NCBI GenBank assembly: GCA_045643965.1
Contig: JAZRGB010000023.1
Coordinates: 12,137-76,136 of the forward strand
Source of the DNA: Candidatus Enterousia sp.
GTDB taxonomy: Bacteria > Pseudomonadota > Alphaproteobacteria > Rs-D84
Direction: 5' to 3'
Length of the DNA stretch: 64,000 nucleotides
Part shown: piece by piece, positions 56,476-64,000 of the stretch
Numbering within the stretch: position 1 is the stretch's first letter
How the letters are laid out: each line of letters begins with the position of its first letter
The notes under the pieces: model-generated
The model's input: only the letters and a program-made list of their open reading frames with translations
Told to the model about the DNA's origin: nothing
The model's database searches: none
Translations under genes and position numbers: made by a program

Positions 56476-57804
56476 TTATTCGTTCAAGAAATCACGCAAT
56501 GCGTCACCGATTAATTCTTCGGTATTATCATCATGCCCTGTTGCACCATCCATTATTGAAATAATACGTGGCGACATAAACACAACCAGTTCCGCAAATG
56601 GCGACACCAATGTTTCTGGGGTTGTAACAAAAGAATGTGTTGGAATACCAACAATTACATAATTATCACCAACAGTCGTTGGGATATTAAACGAAGACAA
56701 TTCTCCATTTGATGTTCGCAGAACAATTTTTGCATCAATTTTATCACGACCACCAAAGTCCCCATACGTACCTGTTGCACCAATAATCAAATCTGTTTCC
56801 AGTCTTTCTTCCTTGCCACATTGACCAATATCAAAACGTGACTGCCAACCATTTGGAATCGCAAAGGTTCCTTGGGAAATCAGAACAACATTTGCTTGCT
56901 GACCTAAAAATTCTTGTAATGTTTTTGTATTAATTTCTGGTCCAACAACCAATGCACGACCAACAACCCCAGGGATAGACATTTTCACATTTTTATCCCC
57001 AAACGCAGGCAACAAATTCATCCAAACTATTGGATTATCTGTACGTGGATACACACGATAAACATCAATATCCCATGCAATCATGTATTTTTTTCCTGCA
57101 ATATCTGCAATTATCTTTGCGACTTCACGTTCTGTCTGATAATTACCTTCGAACACGACTGTTTTATCGTTCCAATCAACCAGCAGATTTCGCATATCAG
57201 CACCATGCATCGCATCCAACAACGCCATAATAATAGTTTCATTATGTGGCATTTTTATCAGCCACTTTGCACGATGTGTTAAATGTAATTCACCATTATG
57301 TTCATCATAAGAATAATAAACACGTCCCATTTTTGTCATCAGTTCAACAGCATCTGCCAATGTTCCAGACGAAATAGAACCAGATATTTTTTCATATAAT
57401 GGTTCGTCTTCAATAACTGCAATATCTGTACCCAACAACAACTTATCTAACGCTTGTTTAACCGTCAAATCTTTGAATTCATAGTCATCGACTTTCAGTT
57501 CTGGCAATTCATCACCTGTTGCCAAACGAATAATTTCGACTTTTTCTTCTGGAACAACAGACACAACCTTTTGATTATTCCAATCAACTTCACATCTTTT
57601 TGGCAACTCTATTGAAAACCTGCGTGCAGTATCAGTTGTTAATGCGGCTTTTTTCGGGAAAATTGGCACAGAATTTTCATCAATAACCAGATTATCAACA
57701 ACTGTTATTGTATCGTACAAAGGCACATTCTGTTGTTTCTGTGTACATCCCAGCATCACAAAAACCGACAACAAGCCAATCAAACTTTTTTTCAAAAAGA
57801 TCAT
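56476..57804 (-). CDS. Secretin-family outer-membrane lipoprotein (GspD/PilQ/BfpB-like; tentative)
   Basis: Lipoprotein signal (LSVFVMLGC). C-terminal secretin-like motifs …VIVGIPT… and LVVFMSPRII (compare LVIFLTPxII in secretins). There are no other secretion or pilus genes in the window. Confidence 0.4.
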   Translation of the reverse strand: MIFLKKSLIGLLSVFVMLGCTQKQQNVPLYDTITVVDNLVIDENSVPIFPKKAALTTDTARRFSIELPKRCEVDWNNQKVVSVVPEEKVEIIRLATGDELPELKVDDYEFKDLTVKQALDKLLLGTDIAVIEDEPLYEKISGSISSGTLADAVELMTKMGRVYYSYDEHNGELHLTHRAKWLIKMPHNETIIMALLDAMHGADMRNLLVDWNDKTVVFEGNYQTEREVAKIIADIAGKKYMIAWDIDVYRVYPRTDNPIVWMNLLPAFGDKNVKMSIPGVVGRALVVGPEINTKTLQEFLGQQANVVLISQGTFAIPNGWQSRFDIGQCGKEERLETDLIIGATGTYGDFGGRDKIDAKIVLRTSNGELSSFNIPTTVGDNYVIVGIPTHSFVTTPETLVSPFAELVVFMSPRIISIMDGATGHDDNTEELIGDALRDFLNE

Positions 57805-57840
57805 TTTCCTTTCCTTTTTGTATTATATGAATACTTTATA

Positions 57841-58164
57841 TCAAATATTCATAACTTTTTCAAATTCTGCCAACGTCATTTCATGTATTGGTTTTTGCGT
57901 TGGTGTTGTTAAATCTTTGACCTTGTCAAACTGAACAGCAAACCGATTTATCAAATTTATGATATCAGGCGACAAACTTTTATCCACATCGATTAAACGT
58001 CTGCCATATTCTACAACATATTCCAACAAGTCTGCAGCATAAAAACGTCCATTATAATTTTCCATTGCAATTCCGCCCTTTTGGACACATATTGCAGACA
58101 TAAGCATTGCCGTCTGATTATACAAATTTGCCAGTTTTATAAACTGTTGTACAGATATTGCCAT
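57841..58164 (-). CDS. Hypothetical protein
   Basis: 107-aa ORF with coding-like composition and no recognisable motif. Confidence 0.4.
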   Translation of the reverse strand: MAISVQQFIKLANLYNQTAMLMSAICVQKGGIAMENYNGRFYAADLLEYVVEYGRRLIDVDKSLSPDIINLINRFAVQFDKVKDLTTPTQKPIHEMTLAEFEKVMNI

Positions 58165-58240
58165 TTAAAATTTCCTTTCTCTCTTTTTTACATTATAAAA
58201 ACTATTGCCCCAAAAAGGCAATTAAATTATAATATAAAAC

Positions 58241-58621
58241 ATGAGAATAAAAATTTTACCAATTTTACTGATATTAACCGCATGTGCATCTGCCAATCGT
58301 GGCAGTATTGATGACGCAACAATCCTGAACTGGGAAAACGAAGCGGTAACAACTGAACAATTCGTACGTGACCACAAGGCGTGTTTGGGCATAAACAAAC
58401 CTGCACACCAACCACGTTCACGTATTGCAAAATTGCTGTCCCCAAATCAAAGTTCAATTATGCCGGATTGGGACGGTCTGTGGGTAACATTTCAATCAAA
58501 CGAATATCGTGATGTTGGTCAACGCAGTTTAATGTCTGTACCACGCAATACTGCATCTAAAACAGTCGGTGCATATCGCAGATGTATGTTCAGACGTGGA
58601 TATTTACTGCGTGCAATGTAA
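58241..58621 (+). CDS. Hypothetical lipoprotein
   Basis: Signal peptide plus lipobox MRIKILPILLILTAC. 126 aa. Confidence 0.5.
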   Translation: MRIKILPILLILTACASANRGSIDDATILNWENEAVTTEQFVRDHKACLGINKPAHQPRSRIAKLLSPNQSSIMPDWDGLWVTFQSNEYRDVGQRSLMSVPRNTASKTVGAYRRCMFRRGYLLRAM

Positions 58622-58624
58622 AAA

Positions 58625-59023
58625 TCATTTCAGAACTAATTTTCTGCCACCGTTATATTCCGTAATATAAACATGAACAGTGTCTGTTGGTAATACATCC
58701 AATGCTATTTCTGGCCACTCTATTAACGTGATATCATTTTCCATTGCATGTTGTAAACCAACCTCAGTTAATTCTGACACATCTGTTAATCTGTACAAAT
58801 CAAAGTGTGAAATACCATCATAATTCTGCACGATTGTAAATGTTGGACTTGGCACAACAGTATCTGCACCACGCAGTGTTTGAATCACAGTACGTGCAAT
58901 TTCAGACTTTCCCATTCCCAAATCCCCGTGCAACGCGACAACCACAGGTGCCTTCAGTTGCTTTGCAAATTCAGCAGCCCACGCACGCATTTGATTAACA
59001 TCAGACAATATAAATTCTTGCAT
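58625..59023 (-). CDS. tsaE: tRNA threonylcarbamoyladenosine biosynthesis protein TsaE
   Basis: P-loop VVALHGDLGMGKSEIAR. 132 aa. Typical YjeE. Confidence 0.85.
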   Translation of the reverse strand: MQEFILSDVNQMRAWAAEFAKQLKAPVVVALHGDLGMGKSEIARTVIQTLRGADTVVPSPTFTIVQNYDGISHFDLYRLTDVSELTEVGLQHAMENDITLIEWPEIALDVLPTDTVHVYITEYNGGRKLVLK

Positions 59024-59026
59024 TTC

Positions 59027-61018
59027 TTACTCCAACAATAACAAATCATCTTCCAGACCATGAATTTGGTCGCGAATTTCTGCAGCCAATTCAAATTCCA
59101 AGTCTTCGGCAGCCTGATGCATTTTCTTGGTTAACTTTTTTATTTCTGCCCTGACAGATTCTGCATCCATAACCCCGCCAGATTTATCATAAACAAATTT
59201 TCGTGACTTGTCAGTTTTTTCTTGTCTTTCACCAACTTCTGAAAACACGGCCTTGGTCACAGTTTTTGGCACGATACCATGTTCTGCATTAAAGTCCATT
59301 TGGATTTTACGTCTGCGTGCTGTTTCATCCAGCGCACTTTGCATAGATTCTGTAATTTTATCAGCGTATAAGATAACACGTCCATTTGCATTTCGTGCAG
59401 CACGCCCAATCGTTTGAATTAAAGAACGCGTAGAACGCAAAAAGCCTTCTTTGTCCGCATCCATAATTGCAACCATTTCACATTCTGGCACATCCAAACC
59501 TTCGCGTAACAGGTTTATACCAACCAGAACATCAAATTTACCCAAACGCAATTCACGCAACAGTTCGATACGTTCCAACGTTTCTATATCGCTGTGCAGA
59601 TATTTTGCACGCACACCATTTTCATTTAAATAATCTGTTAATTGTTCTGCCATTTTCTTGGTAAGCGTTGTTACCAAAACACGTCCAGAAACATTTTTAA
59701 CAGCATCCAGCAAATCATCAACCTGATGTGTTGTTGGTCGCACTTCACATACCGGATCCAGCAATCCTGTTGGTCGAATAACCTGTTCTGACACAATTCC
59801 ACCCGACTGATTCAATTCCCATTCTGCAGGTGTTGCAGATACAAAAATAGTCTGGGGGCGTAAATTATCCCACTCATCAAACGTCAATGGTCTGTTATCA
59901 ATACACGCTGGCAATCTGAATCCATATTGTGACAAGGTTTCTTTTCTGGCACGGTCACCACGACTCATTGCACCGATTTGCGGAACAGTCACATGACTTT
60001 CATCAATAAACAACACTGCATCTTTTGGCAAATATTCAAACAATGTTGGTGGTGGCTGACCCGGCAAACGCCCAGATAAATATCTTGAATAATTTTCCAC
60101 GCCACGACACGTACCGGTACTTTCCATCATTTCAATATCAAAGTTTACACGTTCACGCAGTCTTTGTTCTTCTATATACTTCATATTTTGATGAAAGTAT
60201 TCTAATCTTTCTGCTAAATCTTTTCTGATTTGTGTAATCGCCTGTAAAACACTGGGCATCGGTGTAGCATAGTGTGTATTTGGATAAACCGCAATTCTAT
60301 TTAACTTTTGCAGTTTTGCCCCTGTTAAAGTATCAAATTCCCATATTTCTTCGACTTCATCGCCCCAAAAACAAACCTTCCAGCCACGATCAACCGCATG
60401 CGATGGGAAAATATCCAGCGTATCACCACGCACACGAAATTCACCACGTGCGGGTGCCATATCATTTCTTTTATATTGTATATCAACCAACGAACGAACA
60501 ACATCAGCAATTGACACAACGTCACCAACATTTACAACCAATCGCATTCCTGCATATTGTTCTGGCGACCCCATACCGTATATAGATGATACACTGGACA
60601 CAACAACGACGTCACGTTCTTCCAACATTGCACGCGTTGCACTGTGACGCATACGGTCCAATTGTTCATTAATTGATGCGTCTTTATCAATATATGTATC
60701 TGTTGTTGGCATATACGCTTCTGGTTGATAATAGTCATAATAAGAAACGAAATATTCGACATGATTTCTTGGGAAAAAAGATTTCATCTCTGTATATAAC
60801 TGTGCCGCCAAAATCTTGTTCGGTGCCATAATTAATGCAGGACGCCCCAGTTCTGCAATAACATTTGCCATTGTAAATGTTTTTCCAGACCCAGTTACAC
60901 CCAACAAAACCTGAGATTGCCTACCTTCATTTACCCCCGACACCAGTTCAGCAATGGCGGTCGGCTGATCACCCATAGGTTTATAGTCACTTTCAAGATA
61001 AAATTCTGCTTTTTTCAT
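59027..61018 (-). CDS. uvrB: Excinuclease ABC subunit B
   Basis: GVTGSGKTFTMANVI Walker A, helicase motifs, beta-hairpin, and a C-terminal UVR domain (AAEDLEFELAAEIRDQI). 663 aa. Confidence 0.95.
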   Translation of the reverse strand: MKKAEFYLESDYKPMGDQPTAIAELVSGVNEGRQSQVLLGVTGSGKTFTMANVIAELGRPALIMAPNKILAAQLYTEMKSFFPRNHVEYFVSYYDYYQPEAYMPTTDTYIDKDASINEQLDRMRHSATRAMLEERDVVVVSSVSSIYGMGSPEQYAGMRLVVNVGDVVSIADVVRSLVDIQYKRNDMAPARGEFRVRGDTLDIFPSHAVDRGWKVCFWGDEVEEIWEFDTLTGAKLQKLNRIAVYPNTHYATPMPSVLQAITQIRKDLAERLEYFHQNMKYIEEQRLRERVNFDIEMMESTGTCRGVENYSRYLSGRLPGQPPPTLFEYLPKDAVLFIDESHVTVPQIGAMSRGDRARKETLSQYGFRLPACIDNRPLTFDEWDNLRPQTIFVSATPAEWELNQSGGIVSEQVIRPTGLLDPVCEVRPTTHQVDDLLDAVKNVSGRVLVTTLTKKMAEQLTDYLNENGVRAKYLHSDIETLERIELLRELRLGKFDVLVGINLLREGLDVPECEMVAIMDADKEGFLRSTRSLIQTIGRAARNANGRVILYADKITESMQSALDETARRRKIQMDFNAEHGIVPKTVTKAVFSEVGERQEKTDKSRKFVYDKSGGVMDAESVRAEIKKLTKKMHQAAEDLEFELAAEIRDQIHGLEDDLLLLE

Positions 61019-61076
61019 TTTTTTATTAACAATCTTAAATATAATCCATTATAATCAAATTACAAGGAAAGAGAGA

Positions 61077-63554
61077 ATGGCATTAAAACCTAGATATAAA
61101 CGCAGAATCTTTTGGTCAATTATATCCACAATTACTGTGATTGCACTGGCAATTGTATTGGTACCACCATTTATTACATTAAACGGGTTTAAATCTGTGG
61201 TTGAACAATCTGTTTATAATCAAACAAATGTTCCTTTAAAATTAAATGGCGACATACATTTCAGTCTGGTTAGCGGTGCAACAATTGCGGCCCACGATGT
61301 TGATATTCCAGATGCAAAAATTGGTTCAATTCTGTTTTCAATTCCATTTCACAGTTTTTTTAATCTAAAAGAAGCAAAATTAAATGACGCTGTTATTATC
61401 TATGATGCAGACATAAATGTAAAAAAATTAGAACCCGCTGTTTTTAATCACGACATAAAAATATATAACAGCGACATGAACTTCTTTGGACGCAAGTTTC
61501 ATATTATACGTGCAGACTTTACTAACAATGAATTTCACGGAACAATTCGATCAGAAAATCATAAATACGACGTAGAATTTATAAACGATACATTTAATAT
61601 AAAAAACAAGAACAATAAACTTGATTTAACAGGTCAGTTTTACTCAGACGGATCCATACGTGGTCACATGGATATCGAAACCAGAAATATAAATGAATGG
61701 TTTGGATTTGACGAACCAAAGATTACCCGCCCTGTAAAATTATCAACTAATTTTGAATGGGATGGTGGCAATGGATACGAATTCAGTAATTTAAATGCAA
61801 ACGGATTTTCTGGAAACGTTATCGTATCTGCAAATGGCGAAAAGACAATTCAACTTGTATCACATGATGCAAACATTGATTTATCTTTTTTGGCAAAACC
61901 AACTAATCTGTTAACAAAAACTAAATTTAATTTAGATTTCTATGGCATTATTACATTTATGAACTATACCTTTAAACATGTAAAAATAGATGTTGTTGCA
62001 GACCAGAACATCGTACAAATTACAAACATTATTGCAGATGATATTGTTATCACAGGGGGTCAAATAACAAAAACAGGTGCAAAAGACATAATGATTACAA
62101 TGCCTGTGAACGATACAAACGCAATGTGTATATTTTCTGGCACACCAACAGATTGGCAATGTTCTAAATTCACTTATGGCAATCTGTTTGGCACTATATC
62201 CGTCAAAGACAATACATTTAATATAAACATACAATCAGAAACACCAATGCCCGCAAACAACAGCAAACTGATGGATATGGTTTATAAACTTGGCAATCGT
62301 GGCATTATCAAATTTAAATTTTCAGACATTGGCGGAACATACAAAATTAACAAAAACGATGTTATTCCAACATACGATTTTGCAAACGGCAAAACATTAA
62401 AATGGTTAAAAATAAATATTCCATTTTTACCTAAATACATGCTTGAAGAAGTTGGCAATTTCACATGGCAAAATAATGTACTGACATTTATACCAAATAA
62501 TAAACAGTGGCAATTATCAACATACGATAATTATTTTGACATATCTGGGAACAGTTTTAAAACATGGCTGCCGAACACAGATCTGCGTTTTGTAAAAGAC
62601 AGTAAATATTCTTTTTCTGGGTATTACGAAAAAAACAAAATATCTAATTTAAAATTAAATGTATTTGATCATGAATTTACAGGTTCTGTATCGAATAAAA
62701 ACATTACGTTGCATACAGACATGTTATCTATTAATAAATTCACAAATCAGTCATTTTTTGACAGATTTTCAGAACAAGAATTTTAAACAAACGCCCCTAT
62801 ATTAACACTATTTGATTTGCCATATAACATATCGCTATCTGCAAACAAACTTGTATATGACAACAGTGAATATAAAAACTTTGTATATTCATTAAAACCA
62901 AACTCTCAAACATTTTCCATCACAGACATGTCACGTGGAAACATACTTGCAACGATTGATAAAAACAAAACAAATTATGAAATTTTTGCTCAGTTAAATC
63001 AGTTTATTATAAACGGTATGTTATTATCAAAAGAATTACCATTAAACCTTCGTGATACGATGATAACAGGCGAATTAAACTTTATAACAAACGGCAAAAT
63101 TGCACACGATATTTATTATAATCTGTCTGGCGATATTGATGTTTCTTTTTCAGACGGCTATCTTATTGGAATGTCTTTTGATAAATTCTATGCGTCTGCA
63201 GAAAACATAACCACCCTTAATGCAGAATACGCACTGGCAAACGCATTAACAACCGGTGAAACAAAGATTAAAACAATGCGTGTAATTGGCACATATCAAA
63301 ATGGCAACTTTATAACATCACGCCCAATAGAATTATCAATGCGACACACAAATGCAGTTGGGGGTCTGGCAATAACAGACGGAAAAATGACAGCAGAATT
63401 TGATTTAACATTACGTGGCACTGCACCAACCCCTGTAACAATTGAACTGGGTATAACGCCAGATGGCACACGCAATTATTCGCTATCTGAAATCATGCAA
63501 AACATGGACCCTGGTTTCATGCGGGCATTTGTAAAAACACACGATAAATTTTAG
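61077..63554 (+). pseudogene. AsmA-family outer-membrane assembly protein, interrupted by an in-frame TAA at 62784-62786 (ORFs 61077..62786 and 62817..63554 are in the same frame)
   Basis: N-terminal TM anchor plus AsmA-like N-domain (…LNGFKSVVEQSV…PLKLNGDIHFSLVSGATIAAHDVDIP). The downstream ORF continues in frame 0 after a single TAA. Its track start is a TTG, and 10 sense codons lie between the stop and that TTG. It could alternatively be two genuine genes. Confidence 0.45.
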
Positions 63555-63901
63555 TGTTTAACTTCTTGGTCAAATTCATAACGTGACATTATTTTGCCAC
63601 TTGCATCGGCATAATATGTATATCGCCCTACTTTGACACAGTGAAAACCATTTGCATAAAATTTGATATTTCTTTGTGCCTGTAACAACGTCTTATTTTG
63701 TCCGATTAAATCAGCAGGTGCACCAAACAACACACTGGACACACGTCCCCAAAAACCATGGACAATATATGGTGCATACAACAATCCACCACGTTTTTCC
63801 AGACGTGACATATTATATCTGTCACAATGTGATTTAATTTTATTTTCCTGATACGATGTCAGATTTAAATTATGTGATAATTTATCAATATAATCGTGCA
63901 T
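63551..63901 (-). CDS. Hypothetical protein
   Basis: 116-aa ORF convergent with and overlapping the AsmA-like gene by 4 nt. No recognisable motif. Confidence 0.4.
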   Translation of the reverse strand: MHDYIDKLSHNLNLTSYQENKIKSHCDRYNMSRLEKRGGLLYAPYIVHGFWGRVSSVLFGAPADLIGQNKTLLQAQRNIKFYANGFHCVKVGRYTYYADASGKIMSRYEFDQEVKH

Positions 63902-64000
63902 GATTATTCTCTCTGTGTTTTGTTATTTAATCGGCACGAATTATATTTATATAAAAACAAAATCCAACAGGTATGATTTCATAAAAAATCCCCCAAACTG

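Overview
This 64 kb window looks like core chromosome from a low-GC, alphaproteobacterial-type genome spanning the dnaA region. The taxonomic placement is an inference from AddB of the alpha type, lolCD without lolE, an LppC lipoprotein next to rsmI, and AT-rich codon usage; a Rickettsiales- or Holosporales-like endosymbiont would fit. About 60 protein genes are densely packed and mostly on the minus strand.

Reading left to right, the window contains: a partial secreted protein gene, ftsK, a PAP2 phosphatase, ctpA, secF, secD, yajC, mutL, greA, an LptF/G-type permease, xerC/D, a J-domain protein, two outer-membrane beta-barrel genes, trxB, serS, typA, a large Cys-rich surface protein, dnaA, dprA, plsY and rpsT. 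A five-gene glycosyltransferase cluster follows, then recA, an MFS transporter, secB, mltA, ruvC, a short CCA-head-type nucleotidyltransferase, yebC, ruvA, an ABC exporter, mnmE, an acyl-CoA ligase, xth, addB, engB, rsmI, an LppC/LpoA-like lipoprotein, a HAD hydrolase, peptidase E, tRNA-Gly and a tRNA-Tyr-like gene. After the tRNAs come two paralogous small Cys-rich proteins, a repeat-containing membrane protein, lolD, an unknown periplasmic gene embedded in the lol operon, lolC, a secretin-like lipoprotein, tsaE, uvrB and an AsmA-family gene interrupted by an in-frame TAA. There are many Rho-independent terminators.

The most unusual structure is a family of about 105 bp palindromic hairpin elements, with 8 copies at 5 loci. 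Each copy has conserved 25 bp terminal inverted repeats and a conserved 22-25 nt central loop (GTAGTGTACA...TACATGA). The 12-18 bp stems between them are GC-rich, differ completely between copies, and stay complementary within each copy. Every locus sits immediately against the stop codon of a minus-strand gene, always in the same orientation.

Other points worth a second look:
- a 20 bp direct repeat of the tRNA 3' end flanking a 243 bp remnant, next to a tRNA-Tyr-like gene that lacks a D-arm;
- the paralogous small secreted and anchored proteins sharing a 7-Cys C-terminal module;
- a signal-peptide gene translationally embedded between lolC and lolD, with an orphan secretin-like lipoprotein upstream;
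- the dnaA upstream region, with three 33 bp tandem repeats and a doubled TGTATATACA palindrome;
- tandem GT2 paralogs with homogenised N-termini.

No CRISPR array, transposase or integrase is visible.
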